64,000 nucleotides of DNA from an uncultured virus (IMG/VR IMGVR_UViG_3300043438_001628) (taxonomy: Duplodnaviria; Heunggongvirae; Uroviricota; Caudoviricetes), in the IMG/VR virus record IMGVR_UViG_3300043438_001628. One strand, given 5' to 3'. The stretch's first letter is position 1. Each line of letters opens with the position of its first letter. A model generated the notes under the pieces. It was not told the DNA's origin and ran no database searches. It was given only the letters and a program-made list of their open reading frames with translations. Positions 47,083-57,015 of the stretch are shown in pieces. Made by a program: the position numbers and the translations under genes.

Positions 47083-47997
47083 TCAGTTCTTGCTTTCGTT
47101 GATGAGTTTGATGATGCATTTGTCCTTGGCTTTCACCTCAACTTCCCAAATGCAATCAGGATTATTGATCACGCATTCTGGAATAGTTGTAATGTAATCA
47201 CTGTGACTACGAGATCCACAGATACCTTCGCTTAGATGGAATACTGGAGTGTAAGAACCCCATGTCTCTTTGAATTTGTCCACATAAGATTTTTCGGATG
47301 GTAGACATTGGTCATGCAGATTGTCATAAACCAGTGGGAAAGAAAAACCAAACAGCGCATATAGATTTGCACAGTTCCAATAACCACTGTCTTCGTTTTC
47401 AAGAACAATACGACGACGAACTCCTAGATCACACTTCCTCCAGTTTGCAATGAATCGATCACGATATTGAATGATAGTTTCAGCAGTTAGATCAGGACGC
47501 TTGCTGACATGCAAGCACATAGGAGTGGAGAAATCTTGCTCACATCCCATCGTATCAAGAACCCACGATTGGTGATTGAGTTCTTTGATGGTGCGATCTA
47601 CAGTATCATCGCAATAAGAACCTAGAACATTGAATTGATCAGGGTGGGATGAAAGTGTGACACCGACTTTTTTAGCATATTCACCTGCGAATTTCAAACT
47701 ATCGCAAATGGCAATGTAGTCAGGAAGATCTTCATAAGACAGGTTCAAAGTTCTGTCTGTGATCAGTGGAAACAACGCAGAAGAAACTCGGTAATGTGAA
47801 ATGCCGTTTGATGCACAATGTACAATAACCTGACCTGTAACTTTTGCATTGTTGAGAATTTTCTTAGAGAGCTGAACAATAGCCGCATCTCTATTCATTG
47901 AATTGAATGACTTGCGAGTCATTGTTTGAAATGCGATTTTTTTATCCTTGAGGATTTCGCTGATGCATACCAGACCGAAGCGGGGCGTGTTTGACAT
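47083..47997 (-). CDS. uvsE: UV-damage endonuclease
   Basis: YRVSS, HPDQFNVL, LENED, YDNLH, HSDY, EVKAKD. Confidence 0.9.
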   Translation of the reverse strand: MSNTPRFGLVCISEILKDKKIAFQTMTRKSFNSMNRDAAIVQLSKKILNNAKVTGQVIVHCASNGISHYRVSSALFPLITDRTLNLSYEDLPDYIAICDSLKFAGEYAKKVGVTLSSHPDQFNVLGSYCDDTVDRTIKELNHQSWVLDTMGCEQDFSTPMCLHVSKRPDLTAETIIQYRDRFIANWRKCDLGVRRRIVLENEDSGYWNCANLYALFGFSFPLVYDNLHDQCLPSEKSYVDKFKETWGSYTPVFHLSEGICGSRSHSDYITTIPECVINNPDCIWEVEVKAKDKCIIKLINESKN

Positions 47998-48075
47998 GTG
48001 AGTAGCTTACTCTAACGTTTTATTGAGAAAAGGGAGGGGGCAGTTTATTGAGATGCCCAGCTCTATATCAAACAA

Positions 48076-48303
48076 TTACAGAGAGATAATCTTATTACCT
48101 CGAAGTTCAGATGCGAAATCTCGGGTATCAACTCGTACCCATTCTGACGAATGTTGATTTCGACGCTCAAGAACCATAGTTTCCCCACCGATCATGTGGA
48201 AAGAACCATCAGGATTTTGCACAAACTTGGCAGAGAAAACCTTTGGATTCTTGCGTTGATTGCGATTGCGTAGCCATTGCTTGTTTTTCTTATTGTTTTT
48301 CAT
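48076..48303 (-). CDS. Hypothetical protein
   Basis: 75 aa; pseudoknot downstream. Confidence 0.6.
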   Translation of the reverse strand: MKNNKKNKQWLRNRNQRKNPKVFSAKFVQNPDGSFHMIGGETMVLERRNQHSSEWVRVDTRDFASELRGNKIISL

Positions 48304-48551
48304 AGAATTATAGAGGGTCTGTTCCTTGTGGTCCTACTTCCAAGAAGTGTTCAACTTCAAGAACGCAGATTAAATCTTTCAGCTTTCGTGATATTTTGTT
48401 TATTTGTTTTTCTTTATTGATCACATCTTCGTATGAGTACGCTTCGTGATCACTGATTTTATCTAGTTGAGATGTGAGTTTTTCGATTTCTAAATCAATC
48501 TCATCGCTTGTCATGTTCAGGTATTCTACCATAGTGTTTTGGAAAGTCAAG

Positions 48552-49250
48552 TCAGTGGTGATCGAATTTCGAGGTTTGTTTCGCTGCCAGAATTCGCACA
48601 ACATCTTCAATATCGAAAAATGCAGTTCCATTGAATGCTTTAGCGTTTTCAACACCACAGTCTAAAATTTTCCCAAATTGATCTTGATCTGGATTGATCT
48701 GTTTAAGATTTCCGTGGCTGTGTCCACAAACGCAAACACGACCATTATTTTGATCATGGAAAATCAAGGGACTCATATGAGTGCAGAAGAATCTATCTCT
48801 ATCGATATCAAGAAGAAAACTCTCACCCATCATAGTGACACGATCCGCAATATTCAATGGATAGATTTCTTCAACACCTCTGGGAAGAGCTTGCATCAAT
48901 TTCAAGTTATAGATACTATCTCTGTAAGCTTGATACACTCCTGAATTGTGATTTCCCCACACCATCAAAGTTTCACAAGGAATACGATTCAAGAAATCGA
49001 TAATAGCACTAGATCCAATACTAAGTCCGACATCACCCAAGCAGATCAATAGATCATCTTCATGTAGAGTTGCGATTTGTGAATCGATCCAATCGTTGTG
49101 TTCTTGAGCGGATTGGAATCCTCGGACACCGTAAAGGAATTCCTTATTATGTCCATAATGGAAATCGCTGGAAAACTTGATCTGTCTGTAATTATTGCGA
49201 CTCTTTTTTACTTTTAACATGCTGTTTAATCTTTTTAATGATATCATCAA
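48552..49250 (-). CDS. Calcineurin-like metallophosphoesterase
   Basis: SDFH, LGD, GNH, GHSH; start uncertain. Confidence 0.85.
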   Translation of the reverse strand: MMISLKRLNSMLKVKKSRNNYRQIKFSSDFHYGHNKEFLYGVRGFQSAQEHNDWIDSQIATLHEDDLLICLGDVGLSIGSSAIIDFLNRIPCETLMVWGNHNSGVYQAYRDSIYNLKLMQALPRGVEEIYPLNIADRVTMMGESFLLDIDRDRFFCTHMSPLIFHDQNNGRVCVCGHSHGNLKQINPDQDQFGKILDCGVENAKAFNGTAFFDIEDVVRILAAKQTSKFDHH

Positions 49251-49446
49251 CTCCTTGAATTGATTCGGTCACAGTGTCTTCTTCAATGACAACTAGGCGA
49301 GGGACTCCTTTGATATTGTATTGTCTGAATGCGTCAATATTTTCTTCCATGTCGATTGTATCGACTTCGATATTTTCATCGTTTAATCTCCTTTTGAGGA
49401 GATGACATGGACCACAAAATTTAGATGTTGCTAGTATTAGTTTCAT
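49192..49446 (-). CDS. Thioredoxin/glutaredoxin
   Basis: CGPC and cis-Pro GVP. Confidence 0.85.
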   Translation of the reverse strand: MKLILATSKFCGPCHLLKRRLNDENIEVDTIDMEENIDAFRQYNIKGVPRLVVIEEDTVTESIQGVDDIIKKIKQHVKSKKESQ

Positions 49447-49455
49447 ATGTCTTAT

Positions 49456-50544
49456 TTAAAGTAGAGTTTGAAGCTCTTGGTGAATCGCGTCTGACTCCAT
49501 CTTAGCAGGGATTTCCCGCTTGTCAAGCATTAAAAATGCAAATGATTTGCGCCAGTCATCGTAGCGTGCGGTAATGACAAGAGCTTGCTCCTTGCGAGAA
49601 TCACAGAAAGAAAGATCATTCACAACATCAGTCAATCGTTCAAGTTTATCCTTATAGCTGCAATAAGCCTTCACCACAACAGCGATATCATCCTTGATCT
49701 TTTCAGCAATTTCATAGTCAAGAGCTGTTTCCACATAATTGTAGAATCCTTCGTAAGAAGTGAATCGAGGAGAAGCAATGAATACATCCATCACTTGTTT
49801 AACAGTTTTAATTCCAGTAGCGATCTTGTGTAGTTCACAATACTCTGATGCCTTGATCTTCTTGAGAGTTTGACCATCAGGAGAATACAGCACAACACCT
49901 TCTTTACCACGCCAAGCATCGACATCAAGAATACACTCTTCTACAGAGTTGTATTCATACTTTCGAGGACGGGGAATTTCTAAGTAGTCAGCATAATAAT
50001 CAACGAACTTTTGAGAAAGATAGTGACCAGTTTCATTATTTACAATCCCCAAAAATGTTAGTGTTGGTTCGTTGTGTTCACGAAGGACGATTACATTTGA
50101 TGGAGTAGTCCATTCAAAGAGGTAAGAGAGTTCACTGGTCTCTCTGTTCGTATCAAATAAACGAAAAATGAAGTATTTTTTGATTAGAAGATCAATCTCA
50201 TCTCCATTGGCCATGCTACGAGCATCAACAGTACCACGGGTACGAATAATCAATTCACCCTTGTACTTACTAACAATCAAGAGTGATCCGTCCAGCTTAT
50301 GTCGTGCTTCAAACTTCCAAGAGGAATCCCATGGTTGAAAATCGGGACGCTCGCCGAAGTTGGTGAACTTACCAAATCCTTGTGAGATTACAAAGTTATC
50401 ACTCTTTCGTAGGAGAGTACTACGAAAGCGAGCATTATCATCATCCCACTTAACACTCATGTCTTTTGGAGTGATGAGGATACATTCATCACCACAAACA
50501 ACACAATCTTTATAGTTGAAGTCGTCGTGATCTGGCAGTTTCAT
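49456..50544 (-). CDS. RNA ligase, Rnl1-like
   Basis: KFTNFGE, KLDGSL, TRG, FE, EGVV, KIK. Confidence 0.85.
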   Translation of the reverse strand: MKLPDHDDFNYKDCVVCGDECILITPKDMSVKWDDDNARFRSTLLRKSDNFVISQGFGKFTNFGERPDFQPWDSSWKFEARHKLDGSLLIVSKYKGELIIRTRGTVDARSMANGDEIDLLIKKYFIFRLFDTNRETSELSYLFEWTTPSNVIVLREHNEPTLTFLGIVNNETGHYLSQKFVDYYADYLEIPRPRKYEYNSVEECILDVDAWRGKEGVVLYSPDGQTLKKIKASEYCELHKIATGIKTVKQVMDVFIASPRFTSYEGFYNYVETALDYEIAEKIKDDIAVVVKAYCSYKDKLERLTDVVNDLSFCDSRKEQALVITARYDDWRKSFAFLMLDKREIPAKMESDAIHQELQTLL

Positions 50545-50566
50545 AATGTAATTTTATCAGAGTTCC

Positions 50567-51028
50567 TTACTTAGCGATCTTGAGCTTGGAGACATCAATC
50601 CCAAGCTTACCAGCGATCTCGTCCATTGTCAAGACGATTTCTTTGGCAGTCTTCTTCTTGAAGTTTTCTTCGGTGTATTCTCTACCTTCGAGCCACCATT
50701 GTTTATCTCCATCGGCGTATTCAACGGCAGGACCATCTTCACGATGGCGTTTACCATTGATGAACCAAAATTTACTACCATTCTTCCATTCACAAGCGGG
50801 GCCATCTTCACGATGAATATGCCCATTTAAGTACCAGTCCTTAGATCCGTTGGGCCATTCGATAGCAGGACCGTCTTCACGATGAAGCTCATTATTTAAA
50901 TACCAAGCTTTATAGCCATTTGGATATTCAACGGCAGGTCCATCTTCACGATGAAACGATGACATCGCTTTGTCTTTGTAGTAGTACTTGGTACCACATT
51001 CGGTGATTTCAATGTATTGTGGAGTCAT
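50567..51028 (-). CDS. HREDGPA-repeat protein D (4 repeats)
   Basis: Family paralog. Confidence 0.85.
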   Translation of the reverse strand: MTPQYIEITECGTKYYYKDKAMSSFHREDGPAVEYPNGYKAWYLNNELHREDGPAIEWPNGSKDWYLNGHIHREDGPACEWKNGSKFWFINGKRHREDGPAVEYADGDKQWWLEGREYTEENFKKKTAKEIVLTMDEIAGKLGIDVSKLKIAK

Positions 51029-51050
51029 ATAATTATTATATTAGAGTTCT

Positions 51051-51467
51051 TTAGATCAAAGTCAAGCTGTTTCGGATATTCTCAGCTTGAATCTCACGGA
51101 CATTCTGTGGGCATCCATGAATATCTTTGTTGCCGTGACGATTCTCGACGACAAGGGAAATAAACATAGCACCAGCTTCTTTAGCAGCGTTCTCATAGAA
51201 AGAGAACTCTCGCTCTCTAGTGTTGGTATTTGCCACTACAATTCCTTCAACCGTTGGATCATACAGAGCTTCCATAAATTTTTGCTGACACTCCTTATGA
51301 GCATGTCCCAACTTAGATGCATCAAAATTATAAACACCATTATTATCAGTGAAATAATCGTCAGCACATACAGTGAGCCACCCAACTTTAGTATTAAAAA
51401 TATCAGCAAGAGTGCTCTTTCCAGCACCACTGACGGCACGAAGTAGAATTACGGTTGTTTTGTTCAT
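51051..51467 (-). CDS. P-loop kinase (AAA_33/PNK-like)
   Basis: AVSGAGKST, ADDYF, VANTN. Confidence 0.8.
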   Translation of the reverse strand: MNKTTVILLRAVSGAGKSTLADIFNTKVGWLTVCADDYFTDNNGVYNFDASKLGHAHKECQQKFMEALYDPTVEGIVVANTNTREREFSFYENAAKEAGAMFISLVVENRHGNKDIHGCPQNVREIQAENIRNSLTLI

Positions 51468-51688
51468 TTTGAAAAATATTTACAAATAAAAGCAAAAAGC
51501 AAAAATGCCAACATTACAGCAAAAATTAAAATTACAATGATGAGCGGTATACACAAAATACCCACAATAATACCAAGTGTAGCCCAACTAATGTTTCAGA
51601 TGCCTGCCAGTTTCAGCACGATAAGAATCATCATAATTGGGATGAGGGGAATCGTAATGTTTAATTTGTTTTTAGAATTACTTTTCAT
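51464..51688 (-). pseudogene. Membrane-protein gene with in-frame TGA at codon 31
   Basis: IVLKLAGI*NISW...; the frame continues to an ATGA overlap with the kinase start. Confidence 0.55.
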
Positions 51689-51917
51689 CTTTGCAGTTTT
51701 ATATTTATCGAGTACTAAAGCTGGAGTATTGAGTAATAACAATAAAATTATCCCTCACTATAAATAGACTTCCCCATTTTTTTTCAAAGTTTTCAAGAGT
51801 TCCAGTATAGGAATAAGCGTCATTCTCATCTTTCTCACAAAATGATTCTAATTTATCCAAAAGATTTTGTGGTAATCGTCCGTGCCACATCCAAATTCTT
51901 CGTGTTTTCATATTATT

Positions 51918-52238
51918 TTACAAATTTTCAACAATTTCAACTAATTTTTTTTCATGTTTCAAAAATTTAGAATGTGGCCATTCTCCCCATAAAATACTAA
52001 TCCAAAGACCAACAAATTCTTGCTCGGGGCATTCTTCTTTTTTATTATATGGTAGATTGTAATATAAGTGTTCTACTTTATCCAAATCTTGCGCTAAGAA
52101 AGCATTGAGTAAAGTTAGTTGTCGTTTTAAAACAGATCCTTTAAACACTTCACGAAGACGAGAAATTTCTTTTTCAATATCATAGTCATACTCTTGAACT
52201 GTTGTGATTTTTATTTTCATATTATTTTTAAATTTCAA
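51918..52238 (-). CDS. Hypothetical protein
   Basis: 106-aa ORF. Confidence 0.55.
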   Translation of the reverse strand: MKFKNNMKIKITTVQEYDYDIEKEISRLREVFKGSVLKRQLTLLNAFLAQDLDKVEHLYYNLPYNKKEECPEQEFVGLWISILWGEWPHSKFLKHEKKLVEIVENL

Positions 52239-52659
52239 TCATTTCAGGCCAATACTCCATCACACCTTGTTTACCATTTCCTACAGTGATGTGCAAGCCT
52301 TTGTATCCATCGTTCTCAACAACACCGATCTGCTGTTTGATTCTGGTTAGATCTTTTGAAAAGACTTTGATGTAAAACATCACAAACCCTTTGGTCAATC
52401 CACCTCTCACCATGTTTGGATCATAATCAAATGATACAATCTGTCCATGGTAAAGATCGTGTGCTTTTCTATAGTCTACATTCTTATGAAGTTTAGAGTT
52501 TGCCAGTGTGATATGAGCACGATGCTTTGAAGTATGGAGAGCGATCCAATACTGTTTCTTGATAAACCAGTTGTAGTAACGCACAAAGTCTTGAGAGACA
52601 TCTACAACAACACGCTTGTTGACTTTATCAACAAAAATCTTACCAAGAGCACTACGCAT
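52228..52659 (-). CDS. 2H phosphoesterase
   Basis: Two HxT motifs, AHITL and LHITV; start MRSALG. Confidence 0.7.
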   Translation of the reverse strand: MRSALGKIFVDKVNKRVVVDVSQDFVRYYNWFIKKQYWIALHTSKHRAHITLANSKLHKNVDYRKAHDLYHGQIVSFDYDPNMVRGGLTKGFVMFYIKVFSKDLTRIKQQIGVVENDGYKGLHITVGNGKQGVMEYWPEMIEI

Positions 52660-52816
52660 ATTAAAAGAAGGAAAGGATAAACTCTCCAATAGCGACGCCA
52701 ATGGTGTATGCTCCCATACCGTAGCACACCGTTACAAATAAAAACAGCAAAACCAGTAGAGGGTGAAGATCTTGTTCTTTCATGTGACCATTTTACTCTA
52801 ACGTTTTATTCATAAA

Positions 52817-53356
52817 TCAGAAGGTTCTCGTCTTAGAAGGAGTCGAGGTAGCTGATGTTTCATAATTTTCAATCTTGTAAATGCGCAATTCAAGATCAAA
52901 CTCTGTTACAATTTCCATCATGATTTGATTCACGATATTCCAGTTTCCACCAGCTCGGCAACAACCGATCAGATAAGGAACACCGATAATCTTTTTGTTT
53001 TGTTCAGCGGCATCTGAACAAATTTTATAAAATCCGTCGTAAAAATGATCATACTTGAGATTCCGATTCAGGGGATTTCCATTATTACCAATGCGCTCCA
53101 TAGCGTATAGATTGCAAATCTGCCTACCGTCATCAATCACACAAGATGAATAAGTTCCCAACTTGTTTTCATCTCCATGCGAGGTCTCAAGATCTGCGTC
53201 ATACACTTCTGGATATGTTTGAAGAATTGAGCGAGCAATTCCCGATCCGAATGTGTGATAAAGATTAGCTACATGCACGCCAACTTCCCAAGTTCCATTG
53301 AACCAATCACCAGTGATAATTTCCATTTTCGTTTCCATTTTAATAGGTTCTTTCAT
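52817..53356 (-). CDS. Macro-domain (ADP-ribose-processing) protein
   Basis: GD...HVAN...FGSGIA...P.IGCCRAGGNW. Confidence 0.85.
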   Translation of the reverse strand: MKEPIKMETKMEIITGDWFNGTWEVGVHVANLYHTFGSGIARSILQTYPEVYDADLETSHGDENKLGTYSSCVIDDGRQICNLYAMERIGNNGNPLNRNLKYDHFYDGFYKICSDAAEQNKKIIGVPYLIGCCRAGGNWNIVNQIMMEIVTEFDLELRIYKIENYETSATSTPSKTRTF

Positions 53357-53567
53357 ATTTTACCAATCTTGTTTTGAGCCGTATGCTGTGAATGCTGGTT
53401 CTTCCCTGTCAGTATCTCGAATGCCTGCAACATAAGATGAATATGCTACCTCTTGTAGAATTTCTTCAACTTGATTTAGAATATCAGGATCTCTAATTAG
53501 ATCTTCTTTAAGGAGCTGTAGTGCTTTGGTGATGTTCATGTTTTAAGTGTAGCTTAACGTTTTATTA

Positions 53568-53855
53568 CTATTCTGCGGGTTCTTGTTCAAGAAGACCATC
53601 GGATTGATGACTTTCCTCAGAGACTTCTGAAGTTTTGAAATCGATCACAATGTGTCCTTCTTCGTCGTATTCTACTATGCCTTGATGCCTTAGACTATCA
53701 ATAGTTTTACAAAAACTTCGATCATTGTCCCACAATGCTTTACAGCACCATGATGCCTTTGGAGATGCTAGTAATACAACGATAGCTCCAATTTCAGACA
53801 GTGTTAAGTTTTCTTCTATTAATGATACTGGTATTTGTATGTTAGACTTGCTCAT
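53568..53855 (-). CDS. Hypothetical protein, possibly winged-helix
   Basis: 95 aa, coupled to the upstream gene. Confidence 0.5.
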   Translation of the reverse strand: MSKSNIQIPVSLIEENLTLSEIGAIVVLLASPKASWCCKALWDNDRSFCKTIDSLRHQGIVEYDEEGHIVIDFKTSEVSEESHQSDGLLEQEPAE

Positions 53856-54831
53856 GTTGAATATTGTTTAATTGATCATTGATAGCTGCCATGGAACTTT
53901 CTAGGAATGTTGGAGCATCAACCGATTTATGTTTCCAAATCGATTCAGACCCCCTGCCAAATTTCTTCAGCTTATTCTCGTAGACAAGCTCTCGGAGCAG
54001 ATTGGATGCTGTTTGATGACCCACTCCTAGTTCATCAATCACTCGTTCAATAGTGATCAATGGAGGTTCAATCATATCAATGATCATTTGTTTGCGCAGT
54101 TCTGAAACAGGCTGTTTAGAAGTTTTGGTGGATGATTCGACAGGTTCGATATACTTACCTTTGAATACATAACCAGCTTGTGTCATTTCCATTTCATATT
54201 TTCCGGTTTGTCCAAACCGGTTTTTATATACTTCAAGTACACGAAACTCTTCACTTACATCAACATCTTTACTGATACGAATGTTGATGTCAACAGCGAA
54301 TGGCAATGTGGTTCCTCCCTTGATTTCACCGCTTGATGTTTTTTGCACAATCACAAAAACACTACACTTATGTTCTTTTGCCTTTTTTACAATAGTATTA
54401 GCAAAATACTGAACTTGTGCTCGTGAATTCAGATCCTTCTTGGTTGTTAGACATTGGAAGCTATCGATTACAAGCACATCGAAATGTTGCATGGCATCTG
54501 CAATTTCATCAATATCTGTGATGGTTGCAGTTTGCAATTGCTCAATTCCCAATCGACGAACATTGTAAGCGATTTGACTGATGTCTTCTTCTCCAGAAGT
54601 GTAACCCACTTTATAATTTTGCAGAGTGAGTTTTTCTAGAATTGTCAAACACAAAATGCTTTTACCGACACCGGGATCGGAGATGATGGTTGCGGTAGAT
54701 CCGGGAAGGATACCATCCCCAAACATATCGTCAATTTCCGGTTCGTTTGTTTTCAATCTATTGAAGAAACTCTCGGGAATCTCGACATCTCCAATACGGG
54801 TGAATCCAACGCGCTTGTGTTCAAGTTGCAT
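53842..54831 (-). CDS. RadA/Sms-like RecA-family ATPase with C-terminal HTH
   Basis: DPGVGKS, SGEE, VIDSFQ, KNRFG. Confidence 0.88.
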   Translation of the reverse strand: MQLEHKRVGFTRIGDVEIPESFFNRLKTNEPEIDDMFGDGILPGSTATIISDPGVGKSILCLTILEKLTLQNYKVGYTSGEEDISQIAYNVRRLGIEQLQTATITDIDEIADAMQHFDVLVIDSFQCLTTKKDLNSRAQVQYFANTIVKKAKEHKCSVFVIVQKTSSGEIKGGTTLPFAVDINIRISKDVDVSEEFRVLEVYKNRFGQTGKYEMEMTQAGYVFKGKYIEPVESSTKTSKQPVSELRKQMIIDMIEPPLITIERVIDELGVGHQTASNLLRELVYENKLKKFGRGSESIWKHKSVDAPTFLESSMAAINDQLNNIQHEQV

Positions 54832-55235
54832 GCCAGTAGCATACCCTAACGTTTTATCAATATCAAGAGCTGAAATTCTTCAAGAAGAAGTCGCTGATTT
54901 CATAGTGGAAATCTTTTTCTGATTTAATACTACCTTCTTTAACATAAATGTAACTGTATGGATATTCACTGTCCATATCAGTCCACACTTCAATAGTATT
55001 GCTATCTTCCATAATAAAATAATAATTATTAATGTCAGCCTCGTATTTTTTCTTGTTCATTTATTGTCTTTTGTTCGGATTAAAACGTCATAATATCCCT
55101 TGTCTTTAAGGGCAGTTGCTTCATTTAATGCATCTGATGTGTTTGTGATTTTCTTCTTTAAAAAATTCAGAAAACCATCTTTGTGTATTCTGTATTCGAT
55201 TATGAAATTACCATAATCAAATTTTGTTTTAGGTT

Positions 55236-55886
55236 TCATAGTCTATTAATTACTTGTTTGACTAGTCTTTTAAAGAGGTAAGTTGCAGAATTATTCGGCA
55301 TCTTCTTCCAGTTGGTTATAACTTCAGCGAAGAATTCATGGAAATCATTCAATCCATATTCGCTTGGAAAGCCAAGATATCGAGCTATTTTCTTACGCTC
55401 TGATAACTTAATTTCCATTGTCTTTTTTGTATCGCTTCTGCGATCTTTTAAATCGATTCTCTTTCGTTTTGTTTTTCTGTAGTATTCTTTCAGCATGTCA
55501 TCATAAGCTCTTATCAATAAAGGCTCTGTCTGCTTTGATACTCTATCAACCAGATAATGAGCATACTCATGAACAAATAAATCCACACTGTTTATTTTAT
55601 ACTCATCGATGTATATTATACCTTGAGAATAATACGCTGGCGTTGTGCCAGATTTACGGTAACTTATATTCTGGTCTGTTAGATCCGCGATGACAATTTT
55701 GGGTTTTCTAAAAGGCAATAGATCTTTTATATGTGATGCCTTCGCGGATCTAACAGTTTGCTGCAATACGGATTTAGCTTTAGCCAGAGATGATTCATCA
55801 TTCGCAATAGAATCATCTTTACTGAAGTAAAAATCAAAACCGTCTATGTTGATTTTGATATACTTATCTGGTGTCAATCTATCCAT
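55236..55886 (-). CDS. Zincin-like metallopeptidase
   Basis: FVHEYAH...YGLNDFHEFFAE. Confidence 0.65.
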   Translation of the reverse strand: MDRLTPDKYIKINIDGFDFYFSKDDSIANDESSLAKAKSVLQQTVRSAKASHIKDLLPFRKPKIVIADLTDQNISYRKSGTTPAYYSQGIIYIDEYKINSVDLFVHEYAHYLVDRVSKQTEPLLIRAYDDMLKEYYRKTKRKRIDLKDRRSDTKKTMEIKLSERKKIARYLGFPSEYGLNDFHEFFAEVITNWKKMPNNSATYLFKRLVKQVINRL

Positions 55887-55899
55887 ATAGAATATTTAA

Positions 55900-57015
55900 T
55901 CACATCGCCTTGAAGCTGTGTCCAAGAGTTGCGACATTTGCAACTCCATCGTTTACCATAACTTGCTCGACAGAATATGATTGGAATTCTTCGGTGTTAT
56001 CATATCCAATGATACTAAATCCATTCTGCCAATTTGGGGATGATGCATATATAGGATTTAGATCACAAGCACATGCATTTTCCCATGCGAAAATTTGCTT
56101 ATCTTTACGACCAGCGATGCCGGGAATTCTCTGAGCAGTTGAACCAAATCTATGTGTGTGGTTATGCATAAGTGATATATTAAACTTATCCAACATACCA
56201 CGCGCAGAATATCCACCGTTTTTGCGAACTACATCACCGTGAAGAATGATAAAGTCATCGGTGATACTGGCATAATCAACCAATTGGATATCCGATGCAT
56301 ATTCTCCCAAGAACACCTTCTCATAAGAAAGTACATCTCTAATCTCAGGAAGAGATGCTAGTTCACTGATGCGCTCAGATAGATATCTCCACCAACGACC
56401 AGTCACATCATTACCACTGTGGTTAGCATTTACTTCTAGAATTTCAGCATCCGCTGATGCTACACTGAAAAGGTCATCTAAAAAGGAATGATAAGCAATG
56501 CGTTCATCCAATAGAGAATACCCGCTTCTAATATCCTTTGGGTATCTAGATACCGCCAACATGTCAATGGTATCACCATTTAAAATGATCTTTGAAGGTG
56601 AAAGCTCATCAACGACGCCGAGGAAAATATCCAGCGTTTTTTGACAATGCTTTGGGAAATGCATATCCCCGATAACCAAAGCGAAATCGGTGGTCGGCTT
56701 AGATGATGCGGATCTCTTACGCTCTGCTGTTTTAATTGGAGCCAGAGTTGATAGAAAGTTTAAAACTTCGTCGGATGACTTGTCAAATTTAACTGGCTTT
56801 TCACGCTGCAAGTTCTCATTTACAAATCCCGAGCCTTTGACTTCTTTAGATTTAGTCCAATCATATACAGTGGTTCGAGGAATACCGTATACTCTTGAAA
56901 TTTCTCTCAATGACATACCATTGTCTCGGGCGTTTTTTACTTGTTGTTTTATATCCATAAATTTAGCATTCTGTGCGATTAAAAAATTAACCCAGATAGA
57001 AGAAAAGTCAATCAC
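55900..57015 (-). CDS. HTH plus metallophosphoesterase
   Basis: GIPRTTVYDW; GDMH, NGD, NH, HG, HTH; real start probably MDIKQQ. Confidence 0.82.
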   Translation of the reverse strand: MIDFSSIWVNFLIAQNAKFMDIKQQVKNARDNGMSLREISRVYGIPRTTVYDWTKSKEVKGSGFVNENLQREKPVKFDKSSDEVLNFLSTLAPIKTAERKRSASSKPTTDFALVIGDMHFPKHCQKTLDIFLGVVDELSPSKIILNGDTIDMLAVSRYPKDIRSGYSLLDERIAYHSFLDDLFSVASADAEILEVNANHSGNDVTGRWWRYLSERISELASLPEIRDVLSYEKVFLGEYASDIQLVDYASITDDFIILHGDVVRKNGGYSARGMLDKFNISLMHNHTHRFGSTAQRIPGIAGRKDKQIFAWENACACDLNPIYASSPNWQNGFSIIGYDNTEEFQSYSVEQVMVNDGVANVATLGHSFKAM

